IMG/VR virus record: IMGVR_UViG_3300032327_000953
Coordinates: 174,136-238,135 of that record
From: a virus
Taxonomy: Duplodnaviria; Caudoviricetes
DNA: 64,000 nucleotides
Strand: one strand, 5' to 3'
Under the pieces are notes generated by a model. It was not told where the DNA came from and ran no database searches. It worked only from the letters and a program-made list of their open reading frames with translations. The translations under genes and the position numbers were made by a program. Each line of letters starts with the position of its first letter. Position 1 is the stretch's first letter. Shown one piece after another: positions 28,681 to 37,194 of the stretch.

Positions 28681-29171
28681 ATAATAAAGTAATACTAGTA
28701 CTAGCTGCTTTGCTAATAGTTCTTGGCTTGGTTCAGCCTAATCTATCTAATTGGGGAGTTCCAAGCAAACCAGTATCAGTAGATGTTCTGGAGCTTTCGG
28801 CACCAGTTGATGAAAATGTAAAAAAGGAAGCTGATGATGTGGTATCCTTACTAAAGGAATCTGGATCTTCAGTAAAAGTTGATGCTAAACGTTTAAGAGA
28901 TCTATATTTAGACTTGGCAAAACTTGTTGAGCTTGATGGTGAAGAAGAAGTGATCAAAAGTACTGAAGAAATTCGTCAAGCTAATAGTTTAGCTGGACTT
29001 ATGCTAAGATTAGATATCAAAGGAAAGTATCCTAATTTAGCAAAAGAAGCTAAAGAAGTTGTTGTGTCAGCTATTGGTGATGATCAAATTCTTTTATCCA
29101 AAGAGCTTAGAGTTAAAGCTGTAGAAGGTCTAAATGCTTTAGCTTGGGCTTGCAATGAAGGTGGTAAATAA
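28677..29171 (+). CDS. signal-anchored helical protein
   Basis: MNNKVILVLAALLIVLGLV. Confidence 0.72.
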   Translation: MNNKVILVLAALLIVLGLVQPNLSNWGVPSKPVSVDVLELSAPVDENVKKEADDVVSLLKESGSSVKVDAKRLRDLYLDLAKLVELDGEEEVIKSTEEIRQANSLAGLMLRLDIKGKYPNLAKEAKEVVVSAIGDDQILLSKELRVKAVEGLNALAWACNEGGK

Positions 29172-30097
29172 TGGCTAGACTATCTCCAAAAGAACTATAC
29201 GATAATTATCGCAAAGGCTTTTCCGGATGTATCTGGGAACAGCATGTTTTTGATCATTTGATGGAAACATCTAAATATCCACTATTTGGAGATGCTAGTA
29301 AAAAAATTAGTGGTAGTGGTAAGGGTAAATTGTCAACACCATTCAAAAGCGTATTGAAGTTTGAGAAGAATCCTTATAATGAAAGACAAACCACTGGAGA
29401 TTGTGTGAGCCATGGAACACGAAATGCTTGTGATGTTTCACGAGCAGTAGAAATAGATATTGGCAACGAAAGAGAGGATTGGATAGCAAAAGGAGCTACA
29501 GAAGCAATCTATGGATATCGTGGATTTTCTGGTCAAGGTATGAGTTGTGCAAGAGCAGCTGAGTTTGTTAGTAAAGTTGGTGGTATTGTTGTTAGAAAAG
29601 ATTATCCCGGCATTGCAGACTTCACCAAGTATAACGGCAATCTAGGTGCCGGATGGGGTGGACGAGGACTACCAGATAAAGTATTGGATCTTGCAAACGA
29701 CCATCAAATCCGTACTGCATCATTAATAAGAACAGTAGAAGAAGCAAGAGATGCATTAGCTAATGGTTATGGTTTAGCAGTATGCTCTAACTATGGTTTT
29801 GCCAGTACAAGAGATAAGAAGGGATTTGCAAAACAGTCTGGATCCTGGGGACATTGTATGGCTTGGACAGCTTGTGATGATACTAATGGTGAGCCAGCAT
29901 TTCTAGTACAAAATAGTTGGGGAAAATGGAATGATGGTGGACATCCAGAATGGGGTCCAATTCCTGACGGTAGTTTTTTAATTCATGCTGATGTGGCAGA
30001 AGGGATGTTGTCTCAAAATGGGTCTTATGCTTTTAGTGGGTTTGATGGATTTCCACTTCAAAAGCTTCCTTCATACGGTTTTGAGGATTATCTATGA
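29171..30097 (+). CDS. papain-like (C1) cysteine peptidase
   Basis: QTTGDCVSHG (Gln/Cys), WGHCM (His), VQNSWG (Asn). Confidence 0.88.
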   Translation: MARLSPKELYDNYRKGFSGCIWEQHVFDHLMETSKYPLFGDASKKISGSGKGKLSTPFKSVLKFEKNPYNERQTTGDCVSHGTRNACDVSRAVEIDIGNEREDWIAKGATEAIYGYRGFSGQGMSCARAAEFVSKVGGIVVRKDYPGIADFTKYNGNLGAGWGGRGLPDKVLDLANDHQIRTASLIRTVEEARDALANGYGLAVCSNYGFASTRDKKGFAKQSGSWGHCMAWTACDDTNGEPAFLVQNSWGKWNDGGHPEWGPIPDGSFLIHADVAEGMLSQNGSYAFSGFDGFPLQKLPSYGFEDYL

Positions 30098-30321
30098 ACC
30101 TACGCGAAAGATTAGAGTTACGTGCTATAATTAATATGGTTATTGGCATTATAGAAAGATTAGTAAGTCTTTTTGAGAAAGCTTCATCTAAATTTACGCC
30201 AAAACCAAAAGTTGATATCCCAGAAGAACCAATTAAACCACACAGACCAAAGCCACTTAAAAAAGTAATAGATACTATAGATAATATAATTCCATTACCA
30301 TGGAGAGATAAAAATGAATAA
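30094..30321 (+). CDS. small hypothetical protein
   Basis: ATGA-coupled ORF. Confidence 0.65.
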   Translation: MNLRERLELRAIINMVIGIIERLVSLFEKASSKFTPKPKVDIPEEPIKPHRPKPLKKVIDTIDNIIPLPWRDKNE

Positions 30322-30556
30322 AGTGTTTATTGGACTGTTTTGTCTTGGACTATTTTTCACAGAATCCCATTACTATGGATCAACAACGGCCCCAGTTACT
30401 CTTGCTGGAGGCATTATTAAAGCAAAGCACTCCCAGGAGGCAACAGTTAAATATAAAAGAAAAGACTGCCCCGTTTGCAAAGGTAAGGGTTGGTATATGA
30501 GTGGTGATGGTATAAAAAAAATAGAATGTACTTACTGTGAACCAGAGGTAAAATAA
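30314..30556 (+). CDS. small exported/membrane protein with DnaJ-type Cys pair
   Basis: Hydrophobic N-terminus; CPVCKGKG...CTYC. Confidence 0.7.
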   Translation: MNKVFIGLFCLGLFFTESHYYGSTTAPVTLAGGIIKAKHSQEATVKYKRKDCPVCKGKGWYMSGDGIKKIECTYCEPEVK

Positions 30557-30558
30557 TT

Positions 30559-30966
30559 ATGAGCAAAATTATCCCTGATGATAAATTAAAAGCTATTGCA
30601 ACAAAGATATTAGAAAAATCTAATGTTCCAAAAGAAGACAATTATGGTTTTGCAATAGTAACAATTTTGATGATAATTAGCATAGTACTAACTTGTGTAA
30701 GAATACTTCAAGAGTGTAATAAAAATAAACTAACATCTCAATCTACAGCAGAAGATAAATACTCAATGTACGGCGAACAACTTCATACTTTTAGTGAGCG
30801 TAGAGGTTGGTTTACAAAAATGAGAATCAAAAAAATTCTTCGCAGAGAAATGAAAAAAGAAGATTATGAGAAATATTCGTTAAGTATTTTAAACGCTTTG
30901 TTAGAAACAGGAGAAGTTCTCACGGAGGATGAAATCCAAACACTAGTGGAGGCAGCAAATGTTTAA
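30559..30966 (+). CDS. single-TM hypothetical protein
   Basis: FAIVTILMIISIVLTCV. Confidence 0.7.
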   Translation: MSKIIPDDKLKAIATKILEKSNVPKEDNYGFAIVTILMIISIVLTCVRILQECNKNKLTSQSTAEDKYSMYGEQLHTFSERRGWFTKMRIKKILRREMKKEDYEKYSLSILNALLETGEVLTEDEIQTLVEAANV

Positions 30967-31210
30967 TATTTTAGTATGGTGTGTTTATGGCATCTTTGTT
31001 GGTAGCATAGCTAAAAGCATAGTTCCAGGAGAAGAAAACTTCGGATTCCTGAAAACTGTAGCTCTTGGTGTGGCCGGATCTTATATGGGTGGGGCTATAT
31101 GTTATATGGTAGGCCAATATAGTTCATTACAGCCATCTGGTATTTTTATGGGTGTTGCTGGATCAGTTTTAGCTATAGTTCTTTACAATAAGCTGTCTCA
31201 AAAAGCTTAA
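30959..31210 (+). CDS. GlsB/YeaQ/YmgE (transglycosylase-associated) membrane protein
   Basis: GIFVGSIAKSIVPG...VALGVAGSYMGG...GVAGSVLAIVLY. Confidence 0.85.
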   Translation: MFNILVWCVYGIFVGSIAKSIVPGEENFGFLKTVALGVAGSYMGGAICYMVGQYSSLQPSGIFMGVAGSVLAIVLYNKLSQKA

Positions 31211-31224
31211 AAAGTATTTTTCTC

Positions 31225-31252
31225 TTGACCATTATTTAATAGGCTGTACTAT
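31225..31252 (+). promoter_or_regulatory. sigma70-type promoter (TTGACC-N16-TACTAT)
   Basis: At the boundary between the late cluster and the glycosylation cluster. Confidence 0.5.
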
Positions 31253-31262
31253 AACTGTAGCT

Positions 31263-31544
31263 TTGTCTAATGACAGATTGCTCAGACTATTGACTATTAA
31301 ATGGATATCTATGAAATACCTAGAGGAATTAAAAGCTAGTGATTGCTTCTCCAATAATGATGAAATATTCATTGTTAGCTCAGATTTTAAAAGATCTGGA
31401 GATAAAATATGCATATCAACAAAGACTGGTTTTGTTAGAAGCTTTCCAACAGATCTCATTGTTGAACAAGCTCATCTTTATATCTTAGATAAAGACAATA
31501 ATATTATTCCTATCAATCCGATAGCTAAAGAATCTTTAGAATAA
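31263..31544 (+). CDS. hypothetical protein (true start may be ATG 31311)
   Basis: ORF track; no motif. Confidence 0.55.
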   Translation: MSNDRLLRLLTIKWISMKYLEELKASDCFSNNDEIFIVSSDFKRSGDKICISTKTGFVRSFPTDLIVEQAHLYILDKDNNIIPINPIAKESLE

Positions 31545-31551
31545 ATGAACT

Positions 31552-32385
31552 ATGAAATTGCAAAGAATAGGATATACAGAAGGAACATTGCTTTTTTGCA
31601 ACTATCTCAAGAATACTATTGGTGTTGATAAACAAATTATTGACCCAAAAGAAGCATTATTTATTAATTGGCTATATAGCTCCAGTGGATGGTATGATAA
31701 AGACCTATCTTACTCTTATTTTGACATGAACTATGATGAAGTATATCAAAATTCTAATTATCATAAATTTCTAAATATCTATAAAAGCTCTATAGAAAAT
31801 AGTGATCATTTAATAGTATTATTACATGAGTATTATGTCAATAATTATTTAAATCATAAACCTTCTTTTATCTCTAGTTTGAAATCAAATTGGTCTCAAC
31901 ATTATGCGGATTACTGGTGTCATAGTGAAAAAATATATGATCTATTAAATAGTAAAAATATTTTAGTTATTAATAGTTTTGATGAATTAATTTACAATCA
32001 GTACCATAGTGGCAATGTAAATAAAATTTTCCATGATTTCCCAGTTTTTAAAAGTTTATCAACCATCAATTTCCCGTATTGTTTTTTTAACGACGGCCCG
32101 CACCAGAATAGTTTTGAAACTATAGATCATATAATACATCAAGTGCAAAATTATGAATTTGATATAGCATTAATTGGAGCTGGCCCAAGCGGAGCTATAA
32201 TAACAGATAAAATTATTCAAATGGGAAAGAGTGCCATAACTATGTGTTCAGGAATTACTAAAATGTTTGGTATAGATCCTGGTTCAGAACACAAAGACTT
32301 CTGGGTTACTACTATACCAGAACAATATATTCCTAAAAATTTTGAGAAAATAGAAAATGGAAGATATTGGATTGGAGTAAAATAA
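31552..32385 (+). CDS. hypothetical protein, possibly glycan-related
   Basis: FDIALIGAG; located in GT cluster. Confidence 0.6.
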   Translation: MKLQRIGYTEGTLLFCNYLKNTIGVDKQIIDPKEALFINWLYSSSGWYDKDLSYSYFDMNYDEVYQNSNYHKFLNIYKSSIENSDHLIVLLHEYYVNNYLNHKPSFISSLKSNWSQHYADYWCHSEKIYDLLNSKNILVINSFDELIYNQYHSGNVNKIFHDFPVFKSLSTINFPYCFFNDGPHQNSFETIDHIIHQVQNYEFDIALIGAGPSGAIITDKIIQMGKSAITMCSGITKMFGIDPGSEHKDFWVTTIPEQYIPKNFEKIENGRYWIGVK

Positions 32386-33065
32386 TGGCTAAATATTTAA
32401 TACTAAATCATATACCAAGATGTGGTGGATCAAGTTTAAGAAAAAGTATATATGATGGAATAAAAAATAACTCCCACTTCCGTCATGATCCCGCATATAT
32501 TTCAGATCATACACACTCAAATATTTGTTTATATGAAAAACCACAGTTAATAGAAGCTATTCATCCAGAGACTCTCCTGTTTATAGATCATAGTCCAGCT
32601 TTTTTTCTTGAAGATAATTTTAATCTACCAATAAGTGATACTTATCGAATAATTACTCTTAGAAATCCATTATCAAGAATTATCAGTCATATTCATTTTT
32701 TTTATGAGCAACATATAGATACTATACCAGATAATATTTTAATAAATTACCTAAAACAATTTGGTAATCTAACAATACATTTTTTAACTAAGTATCAATA
32801 TCCAAACTTATCATTACAGCAACAATATAAAGAAGCTAAAAATATTCTAAAAGATTATCAATTTTACTTCCAAGTAGAAAATCAAAAACTTTGTGAAGTC
32901 TTTAATTCATCAAATCCTTTTGAATTACATATTCCAAATTATCATATCAATAGATCTAGTATTGATAGTACCATAAAAATTAATCAAATTACAAAAAATA
33001 TCATCTATAATGAAATCAAATTAGAAATTAAATTACTAGAAAAATATTATGAAGTGGATCTCTAA
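32385..33065 (+). CDS. sulfotransferase-family protein
   Basis: 5'PSB-like HIPRCGGSSL; 3'PB-like TLRNPLSRIISH. Confidence 0.8.
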   Translation: MAKYLILNHIPRCGGSSLRKSIYDGIKNNSHFRHDPAYISDHTHSNICLYEKPQLIEAIHPETLLFIDHSPAFFLEDNFNLPISDTYRIITLRNPLSRIISHIHFFYEQHIDTIPDNILINYLKQFGNLTIHFLTKYQYPNLSLQQQYKEAKNILKDYQFYFQVENQKLCEVFNSSNPFELHIPNYHINRSSIDSTIKINQITKNIIYNEIKLEIKLLEKYYEVDL

Positions 33066-35196
33066 TCAACATACTAAACAATTGGTTGAAAAATATTCAT
33101 ATTTAATACCTAAAGATTTTGATCCAATAACTTATGCGTTAATGCATCCGGATCTTATTCAATGCAAGGTGGATGATATTCAAAAAGCTACTGAGCATTA
33201 TCTAATGTTTGGAATGAGAGAAAATCGTAGATATAAGAAAGAAATAATAAAAAAACTGAAAATAGAAAATAAAAATATTCCTGAATTTTGGAATAATGGA
33301 AAGAATCTACTATACTTTTCCCCAATGGCTCCTGATTTTGATTGTAGTAGTGGAGGAAATAGATTGTTACAGATTCTTAAAATTTTAAAACTTGATTTAG
33401 AATATAATGTATGGTTTTTATGTAATGGTTCTAATAAACAAAAGTATATAGATATTGTTAAAAGTTTAAATATACCTATTTTTTTACCAGATATCGATAA
33501 AGAAATATATTTGAATAAATACTTGGAACAAGCAGTCAAGGATAAGTTAATTTTTGATAATGCTATTTTTTCTTGGTATGATATAGGTAACCAATATATA
33601 GATATCGTCAAATCATTTTTTCCAAATATCAAGATTTTAGTAGACAGCGTTGATGTTCATTGGATAAGAGAACAAAGAGGAGTAGATTCTGGGCAGTTAT
33701 TAATGTCTCAAGAGAACATAGATTATAGGAAAAACATAGAAACAAACGTGTATTCTAAAGCTAATACCATATTTGCCATAACTGAGGATGATAAAAAACA
33801 TATTCAGAAAGAATTGGGTTACGGACACAATATTAAAATATTAAGCAATATACATGACGCTAAAAATATTAAATTAGGTAAACATATGTCATTTATAGGA
33901 AACTATAATCATGGACCAAATGTAGAAGCTGTCAAAAAAACCATAGATATTTATACAAAATTTCAGAATAGCAAAATATACCAATCTTTAAAATCCAAAC
34001 CCAAGCTACTTATAGTTGGACCACACCTAGACGAATCTATCCAACAGACTGTAAAAAATATTCCCAATATACAATACCTAGGACAAGTAGAAGATTTAAA
34101 TGATATCTATAAAAAATCTGCTTTAATTATAGCACCATTATCTTGGGGCGCAGGCATCAAGGGAAAAATTTGCGATGCAGGAATGTGCGGGCTACCAATA
34201 CTCACTTCTGATATAGGTAATGAAGGAATAAAATTTAACCATAAACAAAATGCCCTGATAGCAAATTCAGAAGAAGAGTTTGTGGAAGAATTGCAATACT
34301 TCTTCTCGTTATCTGCAAAACAAAAATCTGATTTAGGTAAAGCGGCACAAAAACACTTGTCGCAAATAGTATCAACAGCATCAGCAGCGAACATGCTTAA
34401 ACACGCATTACAAGACAAACATATTGTTATTAGTATTGTAACATATAACCAACCAAAAAAACTTAAAAAATGTCTTCATACCATATTAACTAAAACAACA
34501 TATACGAATTATACAATAGTTATAACTGATAATGGTCCAATAAATCAATCAAAATTCATAAAAAATCAATTCAAGACAAAGAAAATTAGATACATAAAAA
34601 ACAAAACAAATGAATACTTTATTGTTCCAAATAATAAAATCATAAATGATACAGAATATCAATTTTCTGATATACTTTTAGTTAATGATGATATAGAAAT
34701 TATTGATAGATATTGGTTAAATTATTTATACTCTAGCGCATATAGTGCTGATTATATAGCGGCCGTTGGGGGCAAAACTTTATATCCAAACGGTACAATA
34801 GCCGAAGCTGGCGCTGAATTATATTCTGATGGTACTGGTAGAAATAAAGGAAGATATCAAAATTCCGATGATATACAATTTAATATTCCTCACTATACTG
34901 GCTATTGTTCTGGATGCCTACTATACATGAGAAGAGACGCTTTGAATAAACTAGGTCCATTAAGCGATAAACTTGATAAGATGTACTATGAAGATAGTGA
35001 ATGGCAATATCGCGCACATATTCATGGCTTAAAAACTTTATATGAACCACGATGCATTGCTATTCATGATGAAGGATCTTCTAGTGGAACAGATATAACA
35101 AAGGGTATGAAAAAATATCAAGAAATTAATAGGATCAAATTTTTAAAATTAATGAATAGTCAAACAAATATGAAAATAGAAACATTTAATGAATAG
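33049..35196 (+). CDS. GT4 + GT2 glycosyltransferase fusion
   Basis: FDPITYALMHPDL..EHYLMFG N-module; APLSWGAGIKGK; LLVNDD, YYEDSEW, HDEGSSSG. Confidence 0.88.
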   Translation: MKWISNQHTKQLVEKYSYLIPKDFDPITYALMHPDLIQCKVDDIQKATEHYLMFGMRENRRYKKEIIKKLKIENKNIPEFWNNGKNLLYFSPMAPDFDCSSGGNRLLQILKILKLDLEYNVWFLCNGSNKQKYIDIVKSLNIPIFLPDIDKEIYLNKYLEQAVKDKLIFDNAIFSWYDIGNQYIDIVKSFFPNIKILVDSVDVHWIREQRGVDSGQLLMSQENIDYRKNIETNVYSKANTIFAITEDDKKHIQKELGYGHNIKILSNIHDAKNIKLGKHMSFIGNYNHGPNVEAVKKTIDIYTKFQNSKIYQSLKSKPKLLIVGPHLDESIQQTVKNIPNIQYLGQVEDLNDIYKKSALIIAPLSWGAGIKGKICDAGMCGLPILTSDIGNEGIKFNHKQNALIANSEEEFVEELQYFFSLSAKQKSDLGKAAQKHLSQIVSTASAANMLKHALQDKHIVISIVTYNQPKKLKKCLHTILTKTTYTNYTIVITDNGPINQSKFIKNQFKTKKIRYIKNKTNEYFIVPNNKIINDTEYQFSDILLVNDDIEIIDRYWLNYLYSSAYSADYIAAVGGKTLYPNGTIAEAGAELYSDGTGRNKGRYQNSDDIQFNIPHYTGYCSGCLLYMRRDALNKLGPLSDKLDKMYYEDSEWQYRAHIHGLKTLYEPRCIAIHDEGSSSGTDITKGMKKYQEINRIKFLKLMNSQTNMKIETFNE

Positions 35197-36481
35197 TTTA
35201 GCTATTTTAACTACAATTTATAATCATCAAAATTCACCACTAGTGATGGAAAATTTTCATAGATTTATTTCGTTTATTAACGAATGTGGATTGGGCAATC
35301 ATTTATATATTTGTGAAATTATACCTGAAAATACTACATCTAATTTGAATATAGATAGTGGCACAGTATTCACTATACATAACAGTAGTCCTTTGTGGCA
35401 TAAAGAATCAGGTATTAATTTCTTACTAAAACAAGTCCCTAAACGCTATGAATATATTGTGGTTGCTGATAATGATATTATGTTAAATGATAGTAATTGG
35501 TATTATAAAGTTTACAACTTATTAAAGAATCATGTTATGGTTCAATGCTTTGACACTATTAAATATCTTGGTCCTGATGGTTTAGGTATTGATAAATACT
35601 ATGAAGGAACTGTCAAATTTGCATCAATAAATAATAATATCGATGAAGGCAATCCCGGAGCATTCATAGCATATAGAAGAGATTATTTATCTCATACTAA
35701 AGGTTTGTTTGATAAATGTCTGGTGGGAGGTGGAGATACTATAAATATAGTTCCATTTTTTTCTGATAGTCATTATATATCTATGAATATTTTTAATAAA
35801 GTATTTTATGATCATCAAATACAAATTTTAAATTATATTGAAAAAAGCAAACAGTTTATCAATTCAACAAGTCATAAAAAAGCAACTTACATCAAAAATT
35901 GTCATGCAACCCATCAATACCATGGAATGATTAATGATAGAAGCTATAATAACCGATATAATCTAATTAATAAATTAAATTCTACAAATTATATTGAACA
36001 AAATAAAAATGGATTCTACACACTTACTGATCAATTAATATCAACCTATAATTTATCAAAAGATTTAGAATGTTTTTTCAATAATAGATCTAGCTCTTAT
36101 GCTGATATTAAATCGCTAATTTATAATTCTAATAAATATGCAGTTGAAAACAATATATTATGGTTATCTGATAATAACTGTTTTAGTTTCAGAAATATCG
36201 ATAAAGTAAAAATTAGTTTTAAAAAACCACATCAAATCCAATATATCAATATTTTTACTAATGGTTCTAAAATAGATACAAAAAATTTATTATCTGATGG
36301 ATCTATGACGATAGAGATAATAGAACCAATCAGCATGATTATTGATTCAGATTATATTATTCCAAAAAATCTAGAATTAAGTCAAGACATAAGAAGGCTT
36401 TCTCTCTACATAGACAATATTCAGATCACTTCTTCCGACAATTCGGACTACATTGAGTATCCGTTGATGGATGTTCTGTAA
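35189..36481 (+). CDS. GT-A fold glycosyltransferase
   Basis: WHKESGIN, VADNDI, GGGD, HQYHG. Confidence 0.72.
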   Translation: MNSLAILTTIYNHQNSPLVMENFHRFISFINECGLGNHLYICEIIPENTTSNLNIDSGTVFTIHNSSPLWHKESGINFLLKQVPKRYEYIVVADNDIMLNDSNWYYKVYNLLKNHVMVQCFDTIKYLGPDGLGIDKYYEGTVKFASINNNIDEGNPGAFIAYRRDYLSHTKGLFDKCLVGGGDTINIVPFFSDSHYISMNIFNKVFYDHQIQILNYIEKSKQFINSTSHKKATYIKNCHATHQYHGMINDRSYNNRYNLINKLNSTNYIEQNKNGFYTLTDQLISTYNLSKDLECFFNNRSSSYADIKSLIYNSNKYAVENNILWLSDNNCFSFRNIDKVKISFKKPHQIQYINIFTNGSKIDTKNLLSDGSMTIEIIEPISMIIDSDYIIPKNLELSQDIRRLSLYIDNIQITSSDNSDYIEYPLMDVL

Positions 36482-36513
36482 AAAGTTATTTTGCAAAAAG
36501 TAAAAAGACACCA

Positions 36514-36541
36514 TTGCTATTCTGATTCGAGCGCATATAAT
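36514..36541 (+). promoter_or_regulatory. sigma70-type promoter (TTGCTA-N16-TATAAT)
   Basis: Upstream of the nucleotide-metabolism/replication block. Confidence 0.6.
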
Positions 36542-36603
36542 GAACTATCTTGGTGGTTACATCAATGATTCAAAAATTAATAAAGAGTTAGCGCAAGATA
36601 AAA

Positions 36604-37071
36604 ATGAGACCGATCTGGACGGATTATTTTCTTGGTATGGCGAAAGTTGTATCTCAAAGAAGTCACGACATTCATACTCAGCATGGATGTGTTATTACGG
36701 ATCAAAATAATAGAATCTTAGGGGTTGGATATAATGGTTATCCAAGAGGTTTAGATGATTCTAAACTTCCAAAAAATCGACCAGACAAATATCCCTGGAT
36801 GGTACATTCTGAAAGAAATGCTTTGTCTAATTGTGTAGTGCGACCAGATAATGGAATAGCTTATGTAACCGGACAGTGCTGCAATGATTGCATTATGGCT
36901 TTGTGGCAAGAAGGGGTGTGTACTGTTTATATGGCTGATGACCACGGAACACATTTATTTGATGATAATGCTAAAAAAATATTTGATACTTTTGTGGAAA
37001 TGAGTGGTATAAAAATAATTAAAGTAACACCAGATCTCTCTTGGCTGAAGACCCTGTGTGGTGTATTATGA
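36604..37071 (+). CDS. dCMP deaminase
   Basis: GYNG, HSERNAL, CCNDC. Confidence 0.9.
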   Translation: MRPIWTDYFLGMAKVVSQRSHDIHTQHGCVITDQNNRILGVGYNGYPRGLDDSKLPKNRPDKYPWMVHSERNALSNCVVRPDNGIAYVTGQCCNDCIMALWQEGVCTVYMADDHGTHLFDDNAKKIFDTFVEMSGIKIIKVTPDLSWLKTLCGVL

Positions 37072-37194
37072 ATATAACAAACAGTGTTTTTACAACATTT
37101 ACATCTCAAAATTAAACCGGTGAATCAATTGAATATCAATAGTCTTCTTTCATCGGTATTCTCAGACTTATAGCATTATTTAATAGGAGAAAAT

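Noticed and set aside
37072-37194. Cobalamin riboswitch or NrdR box before nrdJ
   Set aside because: The region is too short and lacks recognisable B12-box or NrdR consensus; kept only as a low-interest hairpin.
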